The notes below the pieces were generated by a model. The model was given only the letters and a program-made list of their open reading frames with translations. It was not told the DNA's origin and did no database searches. A program made the position numbers and the translations under genes. 64,000 nucleotides of DNA from Candidatus Collierbacteria bacterium (GTDB lineage: Bacteria > Patescibacteriota > Microgenomatia > UBA1400 > JACPES01): contig JACPES010000003.1 of NCBI GenBank assembly GCA_016183365.1, positions 13,726-77,725 on the forward strand. Reading direction: 5' to 3'. This document shows, piece after piece, positions 19,963 through 28,165 of this stretch (within the stretch, counting starts at the first letter, position 1; the number at the start of each line of letters is the position of its first letter).

Positions 19963-20274
19963 GGTTTAATCATATCATAATTTCAACCTTCATCTTCTGC
20001 CCCCGAATTCTCTTCCGCCCCCAACGCCGCTTGGCTGCCTACTGATAAAAGTTCTGATGATTTCATTTCTCCGTCAGGCATTAGGGAGATTATAGCAACG
20101 ATAGTCTATTCCACGCAAAATCAATTTGAATTATGCTTTCAGGAACCAAATAGTGTCGTTAGCTCCTATAAAGATTACTTAAGTGGATTCTGGTAGTGGT
20201 GCCGTCAGTTCGTTTTCGTCGAGCTAGACGAAGAACTTCACGTCGGCAACGGCAAATTTATTACTTTCGTATTC

Positions 20275-20700
20275 CTATATAGCCGCATCAGTCCATTGGT
20301 TTTCTCTGATTACCTTTAACACTCTTTGGGGTCCACCTCTAGCCTTTACCCACTTTTCGATAGAGCCCTTAGTCCTCTCTGCTCTTTCTATTTCCTCCCA
20401 AGAGAGAGGAAGAGGAGCAACAAATGGTTCGTCGCCTGCGCCCATGTCGATTAATTCCTCTTGCTTGAAGTTACAAGTCGTTGGAATATATTGTTTCCAA
20501 CTAATTTTAACTGGAGGGGAAATTGCCTCGCGTAACCGAGACAACATCCATGTTGCTGTCTCGTCAGATACTCTTCCTGCCTTAACTTCTCCGTCTAAGT
20601 ATAAGAGGAATATTTTTGCAGGTAAACGAGAATTGGAATCAGGTTGCCAAATCTGATTTCCAAAAGAATCTAATGGATTAAATGTTTCACCTAGTGGCAT
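20275..20700 (-). CDS. Hypothetical protein
   Basis: ORF; start reassigned to ATG 20700 downstream of the repeated promoter-like cassette. Confidence 0.6.
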   Translation of the reverse strand: MPLGETFNPLDSFGNQIWQPDSNSRLPAKIFLLYLDGEVKAGRVSDETATWMLSRLREAISPPVKISWKQYIPTTCNFKQEELIDMGAGDEPFVAPLPLSWEEIERAERTKGSIEKWVKARGGPQRVLKVIRENQWTDAAI

Positions 20701-20925
20701 AGATATTACTATAACTATATCAAACGAAGTCAAGTTTTGGGGTCCAAAAGCATTTTCGCCGCCTCGCCGGCAACCGACAGCGGTTACAAAATGTTTCCAC
20801 CGCGCCCCTCGCGCCCTGCCCGCTCGCCCGCATTCAGCTCTGCTGATTGAGGCGTCGCCGCCAACGCCGCCATTCCTTGTCCCGGTTGCAGTTCTTTCAT
20901 ATCATTTTCACTCATAGGCAGCTCA

Positions 20926-20954
20926 TTGACAATTTTAACCTCTCGTGTTATATT
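20926..20954 (+). promoter_or_regulatory. Sigma70-like promoter
   Basis: TTGACA-17 bp-TATATT with extended TG. Confidence 0.65.
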
Positions 20955-20965
20955 ATATCCAATCA

Positions 20966-20997
20966 CGCCCCGCCGAAAGGCGGGGGCATTTTTTTTA
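20966..20997 (+). terminator. Intrinsic terminator-like hairpin
   Basis: GCCCCGCC-GAAA-GGCGGGGGC followed by a T-tract. Confidence 0.7.
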
Positions 20998-21540
20998 TCC
21001 GGTTAATTTAACTCCTGACTGTTTCTCAAGTTTCTCGATAGAAATCTTATAAATTCCCCTGTTCATTCGATAAATCTCTCGTCCTAAATGTCCGTGCATG
21101 TAAACCACAATTACTTGCTTCTGTTTACCAATCAGCAGTTTATACAACGGCTCAAAGTCCCCATCTCCGGTAAAGAAAATAAATCCCTCAACCCCGTCTG
21201 CTAAATCCTTATGAACGTCAATACACGTCTCCATGTCAAAATCGCACTTGCGAAATTTGAATTTCCTTTTGGTAGTTTCGTCAAAAACCGTAATATATTT
21301 CACCGGTTTCGTCGTCACTTGAAAACTAATATTTTTCGCTTGGCGGATAAACGCTTTTGACTTCGGATGTTTATCTGTGCCAAAATAGAGATTAATTTTC
21401 CCGATTTGGGAATAAGTTTTCAAGTGAGCAAACAGCTTTTCCGGATCAACTTCCCGTTTTAAAGATTTACTCCACCCGTGGATATTCGCCCAATCAAGAT
21501 AGACAACTCAATTCCCTCGAAGTTTTAAAGCTTTAATCAT
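20995..21540 (-). pseudogene. NYN/LabA (DUF88, PIN-fold) nuclease with in-frame TGA at codon 11
   Basis: MIKALKLRGN*VVYLDWANI...KCDFDME...FFTGDGDFEPL. Confidence 0.82.
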
Positions 21541-21631
21541 ATCTTAATTCCCGCTGATAAAGTTCTGCTGATTTCATTTCTCCGTCGGGCAATTAAACAG
21601 ATTATAGCAATTAGCGTGCTATAGTAAACAC

Positions 21632-21889
21632 ATGAAGAAAACTGTTAAAGAACTTCAATTCAAGGTCATCATCGAACAAGACGCAGACAGCTGGTATGTG
21701 GCTTCGGTTCCGGAATTGGAGGGTTGCTACACCCAAGGGAAAACCGTCGAACAAGTTAGAGAGAGAATCAAAGAAGTTATCAAGCTGGTTTTAGAAACAG
21801 ATAAAACCGCGGTTAAAGCAAAACTTCAACATCCGATCTCAATACCGAGTTTTCTGGGAATTGAAGACGTCTCCGTTCAATATGCCTAA
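21632..21889 (+). CDS. hicB: HicB-family antitoxin
   Basis: VASVPELEGCYTQGKTVEQ. Confidence 0.92.
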   Translation: MKKTVKELQFKVIIEQDADSWYVASVPELEGCYTQGKTVEQVRERIKEVIKLVLETDKTAVKAKLQHPISIPSFLGIEDVSVQYA

Positions 21890-22105
21890 GCTTAGCCAAT
21901 CAGGGGCAAAGATTTAATTAAAATTTTAGAAAAACAGGGGTTTGTCCAGATTCGCCAACGCGGCAGTCACGCTAGGCTTGTCCATTCAGATGGCAGAAAG
22001 ACTAGCGTACCAATCCATTCTGGAGAAAAAGTCCATCTGGGATTATTGAGGAAAATTCTGCGCGACGCCGGCTTTTCTCCCGAAGAATTCAATCGGCTTC
22101 AATAA
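21882..22105 (+). pseudogene. hicA: HicA-family toxin with 1-nt deletion near codon 6
   Basis: MPKLS, then in a shifted frame PIRGKDLIKILEKQGFVQIRQRGSHARL...GLLRKILRDAG; 224 nt (3n-1). Confidence 0.85.
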
Positions 22106-22247
22106 ATAAATTGAATCCTACTGCCCGTCAGATAAAACCACAAACACCCGCCGTCTTCAATTACTTCAATTATTTAAATAATTGAAGTCCCAACCAATTT
22201 ATATAAAACAACTATCATTAACCGGAAATTTCTTAATCCATCAATCA

Positions 22248-22283
22248 TGTAAATTGACTAAGCTATAGCTTAGTCAATTTACA
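22248..22283. repeat. Perfect 36-bp palindrome
   Basis: TGTAAATTGACTAAGCTA|TAGCTTAGTCAATTTACA. Confidence 0.92.
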
Positions 22284-22336
22284 ACATAACCTTCAAACCT
22301 GGTAGCCTTTTTAACCTTTAACCTGTTAGCCTGTTC

Positions 22337-22960
22337 TTAATATCTCTTCCCTTTTTTCTTCGGTACGAAGGGCAAAAGAGATTCGATATCTTTGGGCTGT
22401 TTTTTGTAAAGGAACAGAATTTTTTCAATGTAATTCCCCAAATCGCGGTAAAAATAGGCATTTTGGATTTCGACGTCGTCATCGGTAACCAGCCTTTCGG
22501 TCTTTGACACTTCCGGTGTCGCAATCGTAGTTTTGGCATGAACTACCACCGAACCGATCATCAGTTGCTTCCAAATCATGTTCGGAGCGTAGGTTTTGAC
22601 CTTGACCGCTTCCTCCCAATTCAGGCTCCGAATGTTCGTGGCAAACGGAGTTGAAACTTCAAACTTCACTACTCGCCGATCCGTGATATAAGCAATGTTT
22701 TTGAGTCTTGCGTTCCCGACCACCCAAAAGCCAATTGCCGTGATCGCCCCGGCAATGATTCCGCCGCCAACGCCAAATTGGCCCGCGTATTTTTGCATCA
22801 ATCCCTGCCCGCCGATTATCACTGCGATAAAAAACACGATCGCGGCTCCGGCCAGAAATTTTCCGAACAGAATCGTTTGCGACAGCCAATGCGACCGAAC
22901 AACGTACAAAATCCGTTCATCTGTTTGCTGGCCGTAGAAACTCGAATCAGTATTCAACAT
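22337..22960 (-). CDS. Two-TM membrane protein, PH-domain-like
   Basis: FYGQQTDERILYVVRSHW, two TMs, YITDRRVV; same architecture as 1422-2021. Confidence 0.7.
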   Translation of the reverse strand: MLNTDSSFYGQQTDERILYVVRSHWLSQTILFGKFLAGAAIVFFIAVIIGGQGLMQKYAGQFGVGGGIIAGAITAIGFWVVGNARLKNIAYITDRRVVKFEVSTPFATNIRSLNWEEAVKVKTYAPNMIWKQLMIGSVVVHAKTTIATPEVSKTERLVTDDDVEIQNAYFYRDLGNYIEKILFLYKKQPKDIESLLPFVPKKKGKRY

Positions 22961-22974
22961 AAGTATATGATAAC

Positions 22975-23061
22975 AAAAGGTTAAAAGGCTAACAGGCTAA
23001 AAGGTTAAAAAGGTTAACGGGTTAGAAAGGTTAGAAAAATTAAAAAGTTGAAAAGGCTGAA
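22975..23061 (+). repeat. Left 8-9-mer array (AAAAGGTTA-like) of four-helix-bundle gene
   Basis: About 10 degenerate units seen directly. Confidence 0.85.
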
Positions 23062-23074
23062 AATACAACAAACC

Positions 23075-23458
23075 ATGCAAACCAATAAAGGATATTTTAG
23101 TATTGAGGACACCGGCACGTATAAATTAGCGCATAAAGCTGGAGCAATTGTATGGAACGAAGTCCAAAAATGGTCATGGTTGGCCAAACGAACCTTAGGG
23201 GCTCAATGGATTAATTCAACTGATTCCGTTTCTGCAAATTTAGTAGAAGGTTTCGGAAGATTCCATAAAAAGGATCGCGTTAAGTTCTACTATAACGCCA
23301 AAGGATCAGCATTAGAAAGCCTCGAATGGGCGCGAAAAGCAATAGAAAGAAAGTTAATCGACGAATCAAAGGCAAAAGAAATTATTGCAATCCTAGAACA
23401 GCTTCCTCGAGAGATAAATTTTCAGATAAAATATTCTATGGAGAAATTAAAGAAGTAA
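23075..23458 (+). CDS. Four-helix-bundle protein (TIGR02436 / IVP / Avd-like)
   Basis: QWINSTDSVSANLVEGFGRFHKKDRVKFYYNAKGSALE signature. Confidence 0.92.
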   Translation: MQTNKGYFSIEDTGTYKLAHKAGAIVWNEVQKWSWLAKRTLGAQWINSTDSVSANLVEGFGRFHKKDRVKFYYNAKGSALESLEWARKAIERKLIDESKAKEIIAILEQLPREINFQIKYSMEKLKK

Positions 23459-23465
23459 TTTTATT

Positions 23466-23560
23466 TTTTGAGCCTTTTCAACCTTTCTATCCTTCTAACT
23501 TTTCGGTTTTCTTTTTTAACCTTTTTGGCCTTTCCAGCCTTTTTAACCTTCTGACCTTTT
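23466..23560 (-). repeat. Right inverted 9-mer array (TAACCTTTT-like)
   Basis: Reverse complement of the left-arm unit. Confidence 0.85.
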
Positions 23561-23862
23561 TATCCTGCCTTCAAATACCCGTCCGCAAAGGCTTCCTGTG
23601 CCCGTTGCACGAGTTGGTCAATTGTCATTCCCGTCCTCTCCGCGAACAGCTCTTCCATCCGCTTTTTGGCCTGCTCCTCATCACCAATCGCTTCCACTTC
23701 TTTCATATCCTCTTCCGTCAAACTCGTCATTAAAGCCGCGTACACGTCCAAGGCCGACAATTTCGCCACCCCGGACAACAACTGCCCGACCTCTTCGTCG
23801 GTCTTTCCCTCGGTTTTAAGTTTGGCAAGCCAATCAGAAAAGACTGTTGTTGGTTGATTCAT
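23560..23862 (-). CDS. Small acidic helical hypothetical protein
   Basis: ORF, translationally coupled to upstream gene. Confidence 0.75.
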   Translation of the reverse strand: MNQPTTVFSDWLAKLKTEGKTDEEVGQLLSGVAKLSALDVYAALMTSLTEEDMKEVEAIGDEEQAKKRMEELFAERTGMTIDQLVQRAQEAFADGYLKAG

Positions 23863-25166
23863 TTTATTACCGGCCCAATGACATTATTAAGCAAATTACT
23901 AGCAGCTTCAAGATCTCCCATATTCGCAGCCCGAATCGCTTGAGCTTCCGGACTATTAAAACCTCTCAAGGCTTCAACCGCTGCTCGTCCACCTTCAGTA
24001 TAAGTCGCTCCGCTGCCAGTCACCACTTTATCAATATTATCGAAAATCGGCCGCAGAGCGTCAGCTGCTGCTTTAATTGCTCCTTGGTTGAGATTATTAA
24101 CCTTATCTCCAATAGCCCTGAAAAGAACATTTGTTACTTCTCCGCGATGCGGGACATTTCCAATCATTTGATAAATCGCTTCTGAAATCGTGTGTTTTGG
24201 CATATTGGCCGCCAATTCCGCCACCGTCGGCCCCTGTTGCAGGGCTGCTATCCTCGCCACCTCGGCGGTTTGGGCAGCAGCTTGAGCCGCAGCTCCCTGG
24301 GCAGCTTCTGCCATTTCTCTCGCCTGTGGAGAAAGAACTACCGGCGACTGTGGCAAATTCGCGTCCGAAACCCTGTGATAATAATCTCCAATTTCGTTAC
24401 CGCCGTGGACAGGCATCGCAGGTGTCGGACCGCCGGGACCCTCTCCCGAACCACCACCTATCACTGCCGGCTGGGCGGCGGCATGTGCCTGAAACAAGCG
24501 GTCTAACCCTTCAGCGCCAACAATCCCAATCCCGGCCGAAGCGGATATTTGGGCAATTAACAATCCCGTTCCCCTTCTGGCCGCTGCTTCACGCGCCAAA
24601 CCGGCAAAGCGGGGATGAATCCTCTCGGCTTGTGATAATACCTCAAGAAATCCTTCTGCCAAAAACCCGCCGATCATTCCGCCGCCAACAAATAATTTCA
24701 GCGCCTGATGCAACTGCGGAACAGTTTCCCACAAGATTCCGGAAAATATCGCTGGTCCGAGCATCAGCGCTCCCTCTTTGGCCGCATTTTTCCAATCCAC
24801 ATCTCTTAACCAACCTACCAATCTATTTTGAATTCTTTCTTCAACTTCCTCTTCTGATTCACCGGCCGGAGAAATTATCACTTCTCCCATCGCCTCTTCC
24901 GCCGTCGGTTCGTCTAAAACCGGTTTTTCCTGAAGTTGCACGGACGGAAAAACTTCTTCTGCTCCGGCCGGCTCAAAAGTTAAACTATTCAAGCTCGCCA
25001 AAACCCCGCTTATATCCCATGCTCTGAAACTGTTCATTTCATCCGCGGACAAATCCGCAACCGACAGCCTTCTCGACTCTGCTGTCGGAACAAAATCCAA
25101 ACCTGCTCTTGCTTCCTGAAGACTTAATCCATCAAGTTGGGCCAACGCTTCCGGAGATAGGCTCAT
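23859..25166 (-). CDS. Hypothetical protein with central hydrophobic segments
   Basis: ORF, ATGA overlaps on both sides. Confidence 0.75.
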   Translation of the reverse strand: MSLSPEALAQLDGLSLQEARAGLDFVPTAESRRLSVADLSADEMNSFRAWDISGVLASLNSLTFEPAGAEEVFPSVQLQEKPVLDEPTAEEAMGEVIISPAGESEEEVEERIQNRLVGWLRDVDWKNAAKEGALMLGPAIFSGILWETVPQLHQALKLFVGGGMIGGFLAEGFLEVLSQAERIHPRFAGLAREAAARRGTGLLIAQISASAGIGIVGAEGLDRLFQAHAAAQPAVIGGGSGEGPGGPTPAMPVHGGNEIGDYYHRVSDANLPQSPVVLSPQAREMAEAAQGAAAQAAAQTAEVARIAALQQGPTVAELAANMPKHTISEAIYQMIGNVPHRGEVTNVLFRAIGDKVNNLNQGAIKAAADALRPIFDNIDKVVTGSGATYTEGGRAAVEALRGFNSPEAQAIRAANMGDLEAASNLLNNVIGPVIK

Positions 25167-27043
25167 TTTCCTCCACCAGTGGCAGACTGGACCTCGGTAA
25201 TTACCGCTCCAATCGTCTTATCAGTAAAATTCATCCCCAATTCAAGCAGGAGTTCTAATAACCCCAAAAGTCCCGCCTGTTCCAACTTTTTCTTCTTCTC
25301 TCCCGTCGGCGCTCCGGTCACTCCCGTCTCATCCATTCTGCTTCTCACCGCTATTTCCGTTAATTTCCGCCCGCCCGGAGTTCCCAAGGCTCCGGCAAAA
25401 AATCCTTTGACAACTTCTTTAGCCGCTTCACCCTCTTCCATAAATTCCATCGCCGACCCGATCGCCTGATTGTATGCTTCCGCCAACCTGACTTTTTGTT
25501 CTCCTTCGGTACCACTGGTATCATTTCTCGCTTTATCCAACTCCGCCAGCGCTCCGGCAAATCCTTGTTTTCTTCTTTCAAATTTCTGCTTTGACATCTC
25601 CTCGGCTGCTTTCGGCATCGGTTCGAAGGAGGTATGAACCAACTCTTCACGTAGCACCTCTCCGGGCCTAAGCCCTCCGCCGCCGATGTAAGAGACGCCA
25701 TCAATAACTGCTTGGTTAGCCGGAACAACAGCCCCCTCTTCATCTTCAAAAGCCGGGGACAGAGGCAAATCTGCCGGAAATTCATCGACTGAAGACGGGA
25801 CAGGAGTTTCCGTAGTAACTGGCACAGGTGGCTCTTCAGCCACTTCGATAACAGGCAATTCTGGTGCGGCAATCACTTCCGGAGTTGCTTCCGCTTCAGG
25901 CGGCTCTGACATCTCCGCCGGCGCGCCTTCCTCTGACAGAACCGACGTCTCCGCCACTGTCACCGCTTCTGGGCTAGAGGTTTTAGCTTCATCAGCCAAC
26001 CGAAGTTGCGCTAGCTCCCACTGTGTTAATAATGTTCCCTCCGCTTGTTTCCGTCTAATTTGTGCCACTGGATCTTCCGGCGCCATTGGCGGTTCTCCGA
26101 TTTCCCCTATTTCATCCTGTGGCTTTTCTGGCACTAACGCCGAGAATGTTTCAAGCTCCTGTCTTAATCGCTTTAGTTTGGCGTATTCCTCGTCACCGAT
26201 AGACTCTGCGGTCTTAATCGTCGCTATTTCCACAGCGGTCAACAACAATCCAGACTTCTGTTTTTCCTGCAAGTCACGAACTGCGGTTTTGGAATGTATT
26301 TTTGCCAGTAGGCCGGATATATCTTGTTTCAATTCTTGCAGCCGCGTTTCAACCAAAGTTCTATCTTGACCTTCCATTTGCGCTATTTCCACAGCGGTCA
26401 ACAATTTCCCGGCCGCCTTACGATCAAACACATCTTTAACAGCCGCCATTGATTTCATCTCTGAAACCACTTGCTGAACTGATTCAACGAGATCTGCGGG
26501 TTGTGCGGCGGCTTCGGCAGCTACCGACACCAGTTCAGCTGCTGGTTCAAGACCTGGAGCAGCCGGAGCTTCCCCGACTGCCTCGGGAACTGACTCAACC
26601 GGAACGGAAATTTGCGGTTCGACTTCAGCTCTCGCTTCGGAAGAAGGCGCCGGGGCTTCTGCTACCGTTAACGCTGGCGGAGCTTCTGGAGCTGGAATCG
26701 GCGCTGGCGCCTCCGTTTCTGGCAAAGGCACTTCGAAAGTCGGCGCAACTACCGCTTCTCCCTGTCCGCCCTGCAGCCAATCCGGAAATTCATCGATTAA
26801 GGTCGGGACTGCGGTTGCTACCGCCGGCGCCGGAACTTCTATCACCGCTGGTTCAGGCCTTCGCGCCAAACCAGGCGCATCTGCCGGGATCAGTTCTACT
26901 GCTTCCGGCAGAAGGGACACACCTGCAGGTTGCGGAACGGCCGTTGGAGTTTCTGTCGGCTTTTTCAGTCTCAAATTAAGAGTCCTTTTTAGAGAATCTA
27001 ATAATCCAACTACACTTGGTTTTGCTTCTGGAGAATCGGACAT
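25163..27043 (-). CDS. Pro/Glu/Ala-rich hypothetical protein with LLTAVEIA repeats
   Basis: Long ORF; three G-x-LLT-xx-E-[IL]-A motifs. Confidence 0.78.
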   Translation of the reverse strand: MSDSPEAKPSVVGLLDSLKRTLNLRLKKPTETPTAVPQPAGVSLLPEAVELIPADAPGLARRPEPAVIEVPAPAVATAVPTLIDEFPDWLQGGQGEAVVAPTFEVPLPETEAPAPIPAPEAPPALTVAEAPAPSSEARAEVEPQISVPVESVPEAVGEAPAAPGLEPAAELVSVAAEAAAQPADLVESVQQVVSEMKSMAAVKDVFDRKAAGKLLTAVEIAQMEGQDRTLVETRLQELKQDISGLLAKIHSKTAVRDLQEKQKSGLLLTAVEIATIKTAESIGDEEYAKLKRLRQELETFSALVPEKPQDEIGEIGEPPMAPEDPVAQIRRKQAEGTLLTQWELAQLRLADEAKTSSPEAVTVAETSVLSEEGAPAEMSEPPEAEATPEVIAAPELPVIEVAEEPPVPVTTETPVPSSVDEFPADLPLSPAFEDEEGAVVPANQAVIDGVSYIGGGGLRPGEVLREELVHTSFEPMPKAAEEMSKQKFERRKQGFAGALAELDKARNDTSGTEGEQKVRLAEAYNQAIGSAMEFMEEGEAAKEVVKGFFAGALGTPGGRKLTEIAVRSRMDETGVTGAPTGEKKKKLEQAGLLGLLELLLELGMNFTDKTIGAVITEVQSATGGGK

Positions 27044-27173
27044 TAATTTGAATTAGATCACGCGGACAACTCGTGTGTCAACCCCTGAATAAACCCCAAA
27101 TAGTATATCATAATCTCCTTACGGTACTCGTTGCCTCGGAACGATTTTTATGTCGCCGCCTCTAACCATTTGT

Positions 27174-27375
27174 TCAAACCTCTCTTTTGTTTGTTTTGCT
27201 CGCCTCATCTGGTCCGCCACTATCCTCCGTCAGAACATAGAAAACCTTCGGCGCAGTCCCTACTTTAATTAAAATTCCAGCAGTAACCAATTTCTTTAGC
27301 TGTCGATGAATGGCAATACTCCCTATCCTTAGAAACTCTACCAAGTCGATGACTCTAGCCCGACTGTTCGCTTGG
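27174..27375 (-). pseudogene. Winged-HTH protein fragment
   Basis: IHRQLKKLVTAGILIKVGTAPKVFY; 5' part appears replaced by the abiEii fragment. Confidence 0.5.
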
Positions 27376-27537
27376 ATAAAAATGTATGGCCGTCCCGCCT
27401 TTAAAAACGATTTGGTGATTTTTGGAATATTCATAAAGCCGGCTCAAGAAAAGCAATTGCAGGTATTCGCGGACCACTGTCGCGTCATTGGTCTTATATT
27501 GGCGGGAAAAAGGTGTTAATTGGGCCAGGGAAATCAT
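27355..27537 (-). pseudogene. Truncated AbiEii-type nucleotidyltransferase toxin
   Basis: VVREYLQLLFL...IVFKGGTAIH, then abrupt end. Confidence 0.8.
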
Positions 27538-28100
27538 ATTGCAAGGTTGGGATACATTTTGGCGTAATTTAGCAACTTTTTCTTATCGATTAAGGACCAG
27601 TCCAATTCATCTTTGGAAAAAGATTTTAAGCCTTTGGAGGCCAAATATGCCTGATCAAGAACGGCTTTTTCCGGGTCAGCGATTAAGAAACCCTCCTGTT
27701 TTTTGTCATAGCCCCAGAATAAATCTTTTTTGAGATGAGAATATGAATATATCTGGTTTTTTAGATTGTATTTAGCGGTTTTTAGAGATGTAACGCTGGT
27801 AACTCCAACCGCAAATTGGGATAAAATGCCGTAGTAGGAAAGAGCTGATTCAAAAGAAATATAAGAAGGCCGGTAATAATAATTGGCAATTAAAAATTGA
27901 TGCGCCGGTTTCTGGGCAAGAATGTAACAATTTTTTCCCATCTTCTCTAGGATGCCGTTTTTCAGCAATTTGGAAATGACAGAAAACGCCGACCTTTCTT
28001 TAGATATTTTTAATATATCAGCCAGTGATTCGCTGGAAAAAACGGTAATCGGAGAAATAAACAGGGTTTGGGTGGCTCGGGCTAAATTATACGTTTCCAT
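27534..28100 (-). CDS. AbiEi-type antitoxin
   Basis: PSYISFESALSYYGI...IADPEKAVLD. Confidence 0.88.
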   Translation of the reverse strand: METYNLARATQTLFISPITVFSSESLADILKISKERSAFSVISKLLKNGILEKMGKNCYILAQKPAHQFLIANYYYRPSYISFESALSYYGILSQFAVGVTSVTSLKTAKYNLKNQIYSYSHLKKDLFWGYDKKQEGFLIADPEKAVLDQAYLASKGLKSFSKDELDWSLIDKKKLLNYAKMYPNLAI

Positions 28101-28165
28101 TTACTGCATATTATGTGCAGTAAAATAGAACGTGTCAGCAGTAATTTTAATGCTAAGATAATCGT

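Noticed and set aside
20205-20260. tRNA or riboswitch in structured intergenic stretches (also 27110-27170)
   Set aside because: Some stems present, but no cloverleaf, T-loop or recognisable aptamer consensus
20995-21540. Genome-wide TGA recoding (code 25 or 4)
   Set aside because: Many genes end in TGA with ATGA/GTGA overlaps and long housekeeping ORFs are intact under code 11
22975-23560. CRISPR array
   Set aside because: Units are 7-9 nt and contiguous with no unique spacers; no cas genes in the window
24131-25027. 298-aa plus-strand ORF and similar antisense ORFs (452-913, 10381-11067, 13314-13883, 52228-52776)
   Set aside because: Shadow frames opposite well-supported genes, with no motifs
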